Part shown: one piece after another, positions 28,601-36,900 of the stretch
Numbering within the stretch: position 1 is the stretch's first letter
Layout of the letters: each line of letters opens with the position of its first letter
Assembly (NCBI GenBank): GCA_965234725.1
Contig: CBDDUX010000024.1
Location: 1-56,474 of the forward strand
Length of the DNA: 56,474 nucleotides
Reading direction: 5' to 3'
Source of the DNA: Thermoplasmatota archaeon
GTDB lineage: Archaea; Thermoplasmatota; Penumbrarchaeia; Penumbrarchaeales; Penumbrarchaeaceae
The notes under the pieces: generated by a model
Seen by the model: the letters and a program-made list of their open reading frames with translations, nothing else
Database searches by the model: none
Told to the model about the DNA's origin: nothing
Position numbers and translations under genes: made by a program

Positions 28601-30286
28601 GATGAAGATGAAAATGGATTTTCCGGTATGGACCTAACCTTTACGGAGGATGACGGGTCCAAGTATTTCGTCACCACCGGATCCGATGGATCCTTCTCAT
28701 TGCAGCTCCCTATCGGATACTATGATGTTTACGGGCTCAAGTATTCCGGAGGTCAACCAGTTGCAGGTTATCTAAACGAGATCAATGTTGACATGGGAGA
28801 GGATCTCCTGGATCAGCAGTGGTTCGCAGTTGGAGCCGGAAGGTACACTGGATCCGTTTTCTTCAGGGACACTGATGGAACGATCAATTACCAGATCCCA
28901 GGAGGAGAGGGCGAGATCGAATTCTATGCCGAGGGTAGAGGACCGATCGTCACAAGTTACAAGGGTAACACATTCAGGGTGGATCTTCCCTACTACGATT
29001 ACAGAACAACTTCATCTATGGTCTCATTTGAATATGGAATGGATATGACCTACCGTATCTCTTCCATTGTCACTGTCGATGAGAGATCAGGTCCCCAGGA
29101 CTTCTCCCTGGAGTTCGTGAAGAACAAGGACTATTCATTCGACATCGACCTGATCAACGACGAGGAGCACGAAGTGGAGATGGGACCGAGCAGCACTATG
29201 GTCTTGAAATACTACATTGAGAACGTGGGGAATGAACCCATCACCGTATCCGTTGCAAACTCCGAGAAACCCGAGGGATGGATAACTGACCTTCCAGATA
29301 GCACATCGATCGGTCTGGAGATCGGTGAGAGGGTTGTGAGGCAACTTAACATTACAACACCCAAAGAACCCTCTTTCACCAATTCCCTTATCTTCAAAGG
29401 AGATTCTGTTCAGGGGTCCTCTAACACCTTCCAGCTTCAGATCCATACCCCACCATCATACAGGTTCGATCTTCAATTCGACCTTCCGGAAGTGGTTGGG
29501 GTTGGTTACAATGAGAGAAGGATACTGAATCTGACAGTAAGGAACCTTGGCTCAGGAGAGGATGTTGTCAACGTCGCTATGAGCCCAAAACCGGGAGAGG
29601 TGTCAGATTGGACCATACAATGGGAGGGTTCGGATGAATTCCCAGCAGCTGGTGAAAACGCTTCACTGACCCCAAGAGGGCAAAGGATGTATGCCATCAC
29701 CATCGATACACCACAGGTGGATCCTGATGATCAGCTGTTCCGGGAAAGTCTGACCCTGACCTTTACTGGCAAGAACAGGCAGGGTGATGTTGTCAAGAAG
29801 GACATCAAGTTCGAGGTCAGAAGACCCAACCTGATCCTGCCTCCTGAATACCTGAAGCTCTCCAATCGAAGACTCGATGACCTTGTCATGAACAAGACAG
29901 TTGATGCGAACATCACTGTCAAATCACTCTACAGGGACGCCTCCAATGTGAATGTATCCCTCCAGATCGATGGTAAGGTAGTGGCCGAAGGTGTGATCGA
30001 TTACATCCCACAAGGAGGCATAGGTTCTGTAAGGATCTCCTTCAACACAACTGACAACAACATAACCGAGAATGATTTCCACACTTTCGAGGTCCTTGTG
30101 GACCCATATAACAATGTGAAGGAAACAGATGATTATGATAACGTCGGTATATGGTACAATGTAGTTTTAGGCAAGACCCCCAAGGAGAATGTGGAGGTTA
30201 ATTGGAGGATCGTGATATTCGTTGCACTGGTCCTTTTGATAACTCTTGCTGTCATTGCCTACAGGCAGAAGAATGAACCTATCTGA
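22670..30286 (+). CDS. aglB: Giant STT3/AglB oligosaccharyltransferase with a long C-terminal repeat array and a second membrane anchor
   Basis: GNDPSYH, RPP.FD, GFTDHD, TIAE, RF and WWDYG (24623-24637) with ADNFQ; then carboxypeptidase-regulatory-like/SdrD-B-like modules, 'I.N.G' and CARDB-like 'VDPYNNVKETD..DN' modules and a final TM helix; AGGTGA RBS. Confidence 0.9.
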   Translation: MARRARSKGSRNRTARDKKVQKTNVVSDPTKTTIDTVKKTPQSPGKEKEAKNVPKASRLSEWWRQNQNTVFILLGIMIMAFFIREYFYYKISFNAWPPNIVGNDPSYHKRVIDFVQEDLHHIHVDGLLNYPIANVDPRPPIFDWSIAIMGFVISPLFGFNVGASTWYVYQFAPTIWGVLTLIPVYLLGKEVFGRKAGLMAAFLLAITASHIERSTLGFTDHDSFVVFLVVITMFFLSKSFSVQKERNYISDWRKPNSVVLGFRTFLTENKQAMYYAALTGVTMAAISLTWEGYAYVLAILLIFYLIQLLLHRFRNEDSLGTFMVMYTAMGLVILISLPYYFTFSIATWSQGFYIFLAMAMLGLFIVPTRDMPWLIVIPTLGLFLAASYAILSFGFPQTADLLFTGGGYFVSNKLYNTIAEAQAPELSRLVFTFGPGTFFLGLIGVVMAFVKIPKLMRKDYMVIVIWTAVAIFMAMSATRFNINATPAFALLAGWALVEAVKWLKAGDLAILYSIIGVLILLFGLGIVYEGWSGPVIGNYMLISIGGTVLVSLGIFAFMKYRKRREWFKFRKLIAGITVGFLIIMPNVFFAVDAAIPIESKADFDPDLEYLGSFGSSLHSEYWMDSYQWLAQQDLIKDGEYQDPEDRPAFMSWWDYGFDELLLGKHPTAADNFQNGYQFTGSMIASQNETEAIALMSLRLLEGDYFGWANGRQAKFSDEVWDVLVDHLGSNKNSSYSAEALKHIFKRPGKYIDLIDENPDVYGKYKEITIPNARYAAGRVLLTNLGEESVVDLYKDLITVTEKSLRYFAVDYRLFPFSSTNTGIFYAPITLADKSVDDYLEYKVYAQENTRGSNQDPVWTDYPDNPISMDKAEEESNRLGYKFRITNYEMFYTDQFYNSMFYKTYIGWGPEDVGAVNDGKAVPSISGDLQRMPAMQGWNMSHFKLVYRTMYYSTKDDGNATFPDDYEAMNSPEALDRYYEKGGDIKSGLGQGTSYLKYYHGATLTGRVRTERGIGVPNIRVTILDDFGIPHGSVITGPNGQYDLLAPPGDVTIVVSTGELVNEYDKLYQFQVDQSTGQPMNAINTTSFKVSDDLAMRIVDDGKMEKDFVVSGVTMTGKVYWDTNDDSSYTDGTDTLLSKGSITFIHQDRETLTYGPYELDETGQYRFSDLVVGTYDVRYDLGTKSETLLSSFIIDTQTTGTKDIRLDRTEINGTVRYINGEVASNTTLILKGKDGGRTEIPVDSQGEYSIKEVFPGIYDLVFDSDLYYHTPISFSIGQADSLTYNITLIPGGSLTVRTRYQGGQVSGSNIGKLVPGAVVSVILRNNSTNIWTETTDASGEAKFFLPIGDYDIQVYSIERDFIYAYMGKLFLSWNDDYLVAASLEPGFRVSGTLTKLVNNPHNSTEIKFIRSNKGLIGHSFSNIGGEYSIYLPKDSYNVIFDNRTTSNVSYYHMQQLEDPGAINDVALDIWTPKTVNVSGRVFWDKDGNGRFSADVDPEESPNLPIELGLQDIVVLFKYQNGTIRAKTDSDGLYSLEVPPADYQIEVQVAGYDDFTRDLTVEDTAENVNMGINDINLMLSAKNRMVELDVFYSYYGKDEIKNISLNEFEVRLISGEAHLGDQQWSYITDEDGKVYLEAIPGEYILQGGDDYYSNGLKHLISLNQIINIEPGQDTQILLLKTDHLIEMKGTFFLTENELKRYPAEMSVNLLPIKGERITLESYTTDFNGRFQFTVPLGDYILEAHRDRIVAHYMFWDVVSFDNDLGEDIYEMDEAISVEGDIVPAFDNVKDSNIFFEDESGRWISTGIGASGHFSLFLFPGDYNVIYSFQTEENSGNGGYLIQYLYDENISIPEPVYGLEIEPEKYLGLQGAVYHDINDDKTIQENERIPFANITLNPLNNDLPPLKVIANEAGDYNALVPLDRIEVTVNIEGYQSLPREDLRFFDLLDDPLAFRDIAVLPNEITVEGTLFFDQNRDEVADEDENGFSGMDLTFTEDDGSKYFVTTGSDGSFSLQLPIGYYDVYGLKYSGGQPVAGYLNEINVDMGEDLLDQQWFAVGAGRYTGSVFFRDTDGTINYQIPGGEGEIEFYAEGRGPIVTSYKGNTFRVDLPYYDYRTTSSMVSFEYGMDMTYRISSIVTVDERSGPQDFSLEFVKNKDYSFDIDLINDEEHEVEMGPSSTMVLKYYIENVGNEPITVSVANSEKPEGWITDLPDSTSIGLEIGERVVRQLNITTPKEPSFTNSLIFKGDSVQGSSNTFQLQIHTPPSYRFDLQFDLPEVVGVGYNERRILNLTVRNLGSGEDVVNVAMSPKPGEVSDWTIQWEGSDEFPAAGENASLTPRGQRMYAITIDTPQVDPDDQLFRESLTLTFTGKNRQGDVVKKDIKFEVRRPNLILPPEYLKLSNRRLDDLVMNKTVDANITVKSLYRDASNVNVSLQIDGKVVAEGVIDYIPQGGIGSVRISFNTTDNNITENDFHTFEVLVDPYNNVKETDDYDNVGIWYNVVLGKTPKENVEVNWRIVIFVALVLLITLAVIAYRQKNEPI

Positions 30287-30304
30287 TCTCCGATCGGATC
30301 TCGG

Positions 30305-30335
30305 TGAGGACCCCTTTTTACGGGTCCTCATTTTT
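30305..30335 (+). terminator. Stem-loop plus T-tract terminator after aglB
   Basis: TGAGGACCC-CTTTTTAC-GGGTCCTCA followed by TTTTT. Confidence 0.7.
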
Positions 30336-30358
30336 ATTATAATAAGGTCGATATCAAT

Positions 30359-30883
30359 ATGATGAAGGTTGCTTTGACGGCATTTGCCATCACCACATTT
30401 ATCCTGTTGACATCCGGATGCCTTTACAACAGGACAGGAGACGAGCAGGAGGCATCAATAAAGGTCACAGGAGTCCAGATCTATAATGAAGGGTACATTC
30501 TGATACCAGCCCCCATATACGGGTTTAAAAACGATGATATCAGGACCGCCAGGATCTCCGATAAACTTGCAGATAGGAATGGATGGTCCATTGAGGATAT
30601 CGATGGTATCGATTTCCTGAATATAACATTGAAATATGATATCAATGTGGAAAAGAAGATCGAGGACCCTGAACCCTCATATTTCAGGAACAAGGATTTC
30701 GATACGACTTCCGAACTACATACCATTGATGTTTTCCTCCATATGGAAACCGATCAGGACCTTACGCTGGAGCTCAGATCATTACATTCCGATGATTTCC
30801 ACTGGTTCAGGTCCGAATGCACCGGATTCGTTTCAGAGGGATGGAATTCCCTTACGATCTTCTATTACCTTGAAGAGGTCTGA
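30359..30883 (+). CDS. Hypothetical lipoprotein
   Basis: K + hydrophobic stretch + archaeal lipobox LTSGC. Confidence 0.65.
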   Translation: MMKVALTAFAITTFILLTSGCLYNRTGDEQEASIKVTGVQIYNEGYILIPAPIYGFKNDDIRTARISDKLADRNGWSIEDIDGIDFLNITLKYDINVEKKIEDPEPSYFRNKDFDTTSELHTIDVFLHMETDQDLTLELRSLHSDDFHWFRSECTGFVSEGWNSLTIFYYLEEV

Positions 30884-30937
30884 CCACCCAGAATTATTTA
30901 TTTGAATATGGTAGTATATCCTGGGACGTGGGGATAA

Positions 30938-31711
30938 GTGGCGTATTTCTCGATAGGTTCAGCTTTTTCTTCGGCGTGGGAAACATTCAAGGTAAAACCA
31001 TGGTCCTTGATGGGGATACTGTTGTTGTTCTCCGGAATCAGCCTGGCCATAGGACTCATTGAAACCCTTCTTACTGGTTCCACGATCGTTCTCGGATTGC
31101 AGTTTACACTCATCAGGTCAGGTGTCAGTGCATTCGGTCAGATGTTATTCATCAAGATGGGATTGAACATCCATTACAAGAGCATCAACGAAACCGGAGT
31201 TTATCCGGATGTAGGTACATGGATGAAGATCTTCGGAGCTTCCATTCTCTATTCCCTGCTTATTATTATCGGATTGATCCTTCTGATAATACCCGGCATC
31301 TATTTCTCTGTCAAGTACGTGCTTTACACATACGTGATCGTGGATCAGGACCAAGGTGTTATCGATTCCTTCTCTGAAGCAGGAAATCTAGCAAAGGGTA
31401 ACTGGTGGAAGCTTTTCCTGCTTTCCATAATTACAGGAGCTCTGTCCTTTTCAGGATTGCTCTTACTTGGAGTCGGCGTGATATTCACATCAACCCTTTC
31501 CCAGCTGATCTGGATGCATGCATATCTTCAACTCAAGGATAGTGCCCGGGATCCGGAGATCCAGGATAAGATCCAGGATTGGCTTGACAGGGATGATTTA
31601 AGAAATGGTGTAGATGTCAGCACAGACCTAAATGAAGTTGAGGAAGTGGAAGATGTGGAGGTCATTGCTCCCGGAAGAAGCGAAACTGACCTTGAGGATC
31701 TTGAATTATAA
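30938..31711 (+). CDS. Hypothetical integral membrane protein (DUF975-like)
   Basis: FSIGSAFSSAWE.FK; G.ILLIIPGIY...Y....Y..VD.....DSF..A..L.KGNWWKLF pattern; acidic C-terminal tail. Confidence 0.7.
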   Translation: MAYFSIGSAFSSAWETFKVKPWSLMGILLLFSGISLAIGLIETLLTGSTIVLGLQFTLIRSGVSAFGQMLFIKMGLNIHYKSINETGVYPDVGTWMKIFGASILYSLLIIIGLILLIIPGIYFSVKYVLYTYVIVDQDQGVIDSFSEAGNLAKGNWWKLFLLSIITGALSFSGLLLLGVGVIFTSTLSQLIWMHAYLQLKDSARDPEIQDKIQDWLDRDDLRNGVDVSTDLNEVEEVEDVEVIAPGRSETDLEDLEL

Positions 31712-31735
31712 TAGGTGATCATGAAACAAATTTCT

Positions 31736-33928
31736 CTAATCAGCAACATCGAACCTGCCATGGTCCATGTGAACGACGGGTTCCTGGAACTGAAGATCGA
31801 TCTGGAATCTCTCATTATAACCCACAAGATGAAGGATGCCCAATTTGAAGTTGCCCAGAAGGATATCCGCTCCATCCTTTCCGGGTAAGGGCGTGACAAC
31901 AAGCCAACCTGTGGACTTGAATTTGGCCCTAAGGGCCTGAGCAGTTGATACATTGGACTGGCCCTCGGTCAATCCCTGAAGGGCATTTCCGAGTTCCTTG
32001 TGCTCAATCAGCTCCTTGACCTTCTCCTCAAGAGCTCCTGATTCCTCTAACAGTGAAAACATCCAAGGTACCTTTCCTCTCAGTGATCCCCCATAAATGT
32101 TCCCCCTTCCACCCATACCTCCTTCGTACGTCTTGTAGAAGGATATGTTCTTTGATATATTGACGGTCCTCCGAAATACATCCGGAAGGTCCTTGTAAAC
32201 CTTCTCCAGAAGGAGATAGTCCTTCAATTCTGCATATCCAAGCGAAAGATTTGAGAAGTATCCATGGATGGTCTCTTTGGAGAATCCTCTGGCACCCCAG
32301 GCAGCCTCCGAATCCCTCTCCTCTATAACGATGTTCTTCCATCCTTTATAGTAGAGAAGGGAAGCTATGATCCCTTTGATCTGCTTCGAGCTCTGTTTGG
32401 GGATCACAACACATAACCTGGGACCTTTCTCTGTGGAAAACATCTTCTTGGCAGCCCTGAGCCTCAGGAGCTTCCTCTCCTCCACCTTTATCTTGGCCTC
32501 CAGGTTATCAAGTTCCTTTCCATAGAACTCGATCCTTCTCCAGTGTTCTTCCCTCAGGTCACCCTTCGTGCTGAGCAGTTCCTTCATCTTCTCCCTGTTG
32601 CCCTTCATATCGATGGGCATCGAGTTGTCCAGTTCCTTCCAGAGCTTCTTATCCCTTTCCCAATCGGAAAGGGTCTTATCGATCGAATCGGTCAGATTGA
32701 AGAATATCCTGTTGTAGAATGTCTCAGCCTCTTTTGATACGGTATTAGCAAAATCGAGAACGTTCTGGGCACCAGTAATTGCTCCGCAAAGGGCACCAAG
32801 ATAATCATCTGGTGTAACTTCAGGTTTGAAAAAACTGCCTACTAGTTCATTCCTCTTATCATCATCCCCGAGAATAAGTGATGCGGAGATGGATACCAGA
32901 ACAAGATATTTCTCCTCTTCGGGGTCTGGAACCCATCGCTTCATGGGTATGTCTATAAGGAAGTTGAGATGCCAGAGATTGTCACAAACAGAGGCTAAGA
33001 GGATAAGAAGGCGGGAATATGGGTCCTTATGCCATGTTCCCTTACCCAAATATTCAAAGAAAGAAAGGTCCCCGCCACTTGAAATGTAGGTGAGGTATCC
33101 ACAAAGAGCTGTCGCCGAGGATGGATAATCATAGTCCTTTTCCGGTGGTGAGAGGAGAAAGGTCCTTTTATCAATTACCTTGATGTTCCTTTCCTCGGCA
33201 TGATGGTCGATCCGGAATACATTATCTCCCTCCATGGTTGTATCCATGTCTATAAAGATATAGCAAATATCTTCGTCAGGCTCTATCAAATTTAGTTCGG
33301 TGTATTCCAGCGGGGAGGCGTGAATGATCATATCCTTCAAAGACCATTCAATGATCATTCGGTTAAGTAGAAGAGCACCGTTGAGCCCGTCCATATCATT
33401 ATGGAAATATAACACGATCTCTCTCTTCTTGGTAACGAAGGATCTGAGCTCATCCAGGTAGGATCCCGCTTCCTCTGCCTTTATATCCACTCCGGGTATA
33501 TCATAGCTAGATCCAGCAAAAGTTAGAGGCATCCTTTTTTTCAACTTGATCCCACTCCCACAGGGCTCTTTGGTGGGTTCATCTCCAGTCCTCCTCCTAT
33601 CGGACCTCTCGATAAGCGAAAGATTACTGGACCGTGTTGTGGAAATTGTTTCTGTCTCATCAGGGACCTTTTTCACTTCGTTTTCGGTCGAACATTCTAT
33701 TTCATCAATGATCGATCCTGAGGACTGTTCTTCCTTTTTAGATTCCAACCCATCGCTCATCTGTTCCTTTCCTTCTGCTTCAGGAACAATGAACTGGTCC
33801 AATGACCTAATAGGTCCAGTATCCTTTTTTCCCTTGCTACGGGTTCCCTTTCCTCTCCTCTTTACAGCCATTGGCCAACCTTTCCTCGAGAGAATGTTCC
33901 CTATCAGGGCTTCATTGCGATCGATCAC
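31736..33928 (-). CDS. Divergent DHH-superfamily phosphoesterase with coiled-coil insertion
   Basis: Motif I FHNDMDG, motif II FIDM, motif III IDHH, motif IV ASVCD; DHHA1-like GARG...GGMGGRG; start may be the ATG at 33871. Confidence 0.7.
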   Translation of the reverse strand: MIDRNEALIGNILSRKGWPMAVKRRGKGTRSKGKKDTGPIRSLDQFIVPEAEGKEQMSDGLESKKEEQSSGSIIDEIECSTENEVKKVPDETETISTTRSSNLSLIERSDRRRTGDEPTKEPCGSGIKLKKRMPLTFAGSSYDIPGVDIKAEEAGSYLDELRSFVTKKREIVLYFHNDMDGLNGALLLNRMIIEWSLKDMIIHASPLEYTELNLIEPDEDICYIFIDMDTTMEGDNVFRIDHHAEERNIKVIDKRTFLLSPPEKDYDYPSSATALCGYLTYISSGGDLSFFEYLGKGTWHKDPYSRLLILLASVCDNLWHLNFLIDIPMKRWVPDPEEEKYLVLVSISASLILGDDDKRNELVGSFFKPEVTPDDYLGALCGAITGAQNVLDFANTVSKEAETFYNRIFFNLTDSIDKTLSDWERDKKLWKELDNSMPIDMKGNREKMKELLSTKGDLREEHWRRIEFYGKELDNLEAKIKVEERKLLRLRAAKKMFSTEKGPRLCVVIPKQSSKQIKGIIASLLYYKGWKNIVIEERDSEAAWGARGFSKETIHGYFSNLSLGYAELKDYLLLEKVYKDLPDVFRRTVNISKNISFYKTYEGGMGGRGNIYGGSLRGKVPWMFSLLEESGALEEKVKELIEHKELGNALQGLTEGQSNVSTAQALRAKFKSTGWLVVTPLPGKDGADILLGNFKLGILHLVGYNERFQIDLQFQEPVVHMDHGRFDVAD

Positions 33929-33974
33929 ATCTCTATTTATAATTTATACGGGGGTGGGATGAAAATGTAAGATC

Positions 33975-36900
33975 TCACTCCTCCTCTTCTTTGAACCTTC
34001 TCTCGGAATCCAGGAAGCTCTCATCGAACTCCTTTCCGGCAAGGACCTTGCCCTCACCAATACCATCAAGAACATCCTCCACAACGGATCCGCTCTTCAT
34101 TTCCTCAAGCTGCTCTTCAGTGGGTTCGGTTCCGTAAAGTTCTTTGTACAATCGTCTTTGCTCTGCGTATGGATCCTCATTTGAATTGGATATTCCTCTG
34201 GTCCTGTACACGAATATCCCCAGTCCTGCTAGGATCGATATGATAATGATCACGAACAACAGGAACAGAAGGGATATCAGATCAGGTGAAAGGGGTTTGA
34301 GGAATGGTAGAACATCAGTGATCAATCCGTAAAGAGTATCAGTTATCTCACCTCCGATACCCTCCTGGTCCTTGTCAGTGATCTTCACCGTGATATTATC
34401 CAAAATAACAGTGGTCTCACCATCCTCGGAAATAATTGTGAGAGTGATCGTATATGTTCCTTTCTTCGCATCTTTGGGAGGGAAGACGGTTATCATCAGA
34501 GGAGCAGGATCCGGAACCGTTAAGATCTTGTCCGAACCAACCGTGATCTGGTCCGAATCGATATATGCCCATCTTTTATCAACAATATCTCCAGAGATAC
34601 GGATGGTCAAATTATCCTGATATTCCGCCCAGTTGAACAGGTCCACCCTCACTCCACCCCCGCGGCCCCTGTATGCTTTGTAAACATCCTGGGGACCTCT
34701 GGGTTCGATATTATAATCGTTCATTTTCAACCTTGTCTGGGTCACTCTTGAGAAATTACCATTGTTCTCTGCCATGAACTGGATGGAATAGACCCCCACT
34801 CCAAGATCAAGGTTCTGCAGAGAGTATAAGGGATCAGGCCCCACGGGGGTCCATTCAAGTACATCTCCTCCCCAGTCCCTTGTTCCGATCCTCAACCAAT
34901 ATGTAATATTCATGTATGCCCAGCTTGGAGTGTCCTCCCATTCTATCGTAAAATCCTGGTTGGAGGTGTAAAAGCTAGTTACTCCCGGGATATCCTGAGG
35001 AGGCGGGGTTCCTGTATCTATTATCCTGAACGGGTGATCATAAAGATCGAATCCATGTCCGTCGGTGGAATTGATCCTCAGAATATACCAGTCCGGATCA
35101 AGTCTATCTTTATCGTCAACATCGAAAAATGTCCTCTCTCCAACATTCTTCCAGTTGATATAGGGCAGATCGTTCTTCAGGACCATGACCTTGTAGGTAA
35201 CGATGTCATCCTCCTCATCGAAAGCGGGATCCCAGAAGAAGTGTGGTGTGGAGGAAGAAATCACGTTCGGGAAAGCTTCTCCCCTGAACTGGGGCGGATA
35301 GTTATCAGGTTTCCTTACATTGATCTTTAACTCCACTCCTCCGTTTGGATTGTCTGGATCATCATGAGTGTATCTCAGATTCCCCATATTGTCCGAAGCT
35401 TTCCATCTGATGAAATTATAAATTCCCTTGTTCTCGAAATCCAGTTCCACCCAAGCTTTATATGAGTCATTGGCAAGCTCCTTGACACCATCTGGGACCA
35501 GCCAATCTGAGTAAGGACCGGATGTTGTCCTGTAGGAATACATTATCGAGGAAATATCGACTCCGGTTGAAGGTTTGGTCGATCCCTGAACATGGTCCAT
35601 CCAGTCTATGGTGCAGTTGACCCTTTCATAGATCTGAGTGCTCCGTGGTCCTAGTCCGCTGTAATATGGGGCCGTAGAATCTATCCATAGGTTCAGGATC
35701 TCGGATCCTCCGAGGTTCTTGACCCTGTCCTTGGCCTCGAACTGGATATAATTATCGATCCCATCTTCAAGCCTTACATCGATCTCACCTATGAATGTGT
35801 TATTGTCTATCTTCTCTATGGTGTTTACCGGGATCCCCTTGTCCAGATTATCAGGTCCTGTAACGGATTTCCTGAGTTTGATCGAACCCGGTTCAACAAA
35901 CCCTCCTTCCGGGTCCACAATCCGCGCCCTCAGCTTTAGCAGCTTGTCCGATAACCATGTGTTTCCCGTGGGCGAGAGTATCGTGATGATGGGAGGACCA
36001 GCATCTATCATGGGACCTTTGAAAATCGAGGAAAATACAGGATCTGGATTCCTTTCTTCGACCACTTCTATCCTATAATAGAGTCTTCCACCGGTCGATG
36101 GTAGGGAGATCTGAGCGGTATAGAGGGCCCCATCGATGTAATCATAATCCCCTGGTTCCTCCTTATTCATAATAAATTGTGAAATAAGTGGGTCTGTCCC
36201 GGCTTCATCATTGAAGACATGGATCCTTGGATATCCGACAATTGGCCTGTCGTTATCTTCATCAGAGTAATTACATCTGAAGAAAAAGGGTGATACGGGG
36301 GATCCAAGTTCTGGATTGAAGGAAAAGTTACCGACAAATGATTCATCATAGATCACAGGTTCATGATTTGGGCCTGAAAGATCACCACTGTGTCTTGAGA
36401 ACCAGACATCTGCATAGTAGTTGTTCCGATCCCCATTTCTTTCATCCGCCCATGCAACAAGTGCTCTTCCAGAACCATCGAATTCTAACACGGGATTTGT
36501 TTGAGCGGTGATATCGCTCCATCTGGTATCCGTATCATCAACCCTCATCAGTTTATTCCATGTGATACCATGATCGGTGGAGTTGATGTAGAATATCTCT
36601 CCTTCGTCCTTGGATTCCTTTGTTGGTACTCTCCTCTGGAAGGCTACCGATACTACTCCATCCAACCTTGCAGCGGTTGATGGATACCAATCCTCGGATC
36701 CTTCGGGGACAATTGCGATCTTCTTATTGTCAGAGAAGGTAGATCCTCCATCAGTGGACCGGGTGAACCAAATCTCATCAAAACCGGACCTTTTGTCCCT
36801 CCAGGTCACATAAATGTTCCCGGCATCATCAACTGCCGGGGAGGGCCATTGCCTGGAGTTATAGAGCTCGAGATCGTCCGAAAGGGCCACTTCAGCTTTG

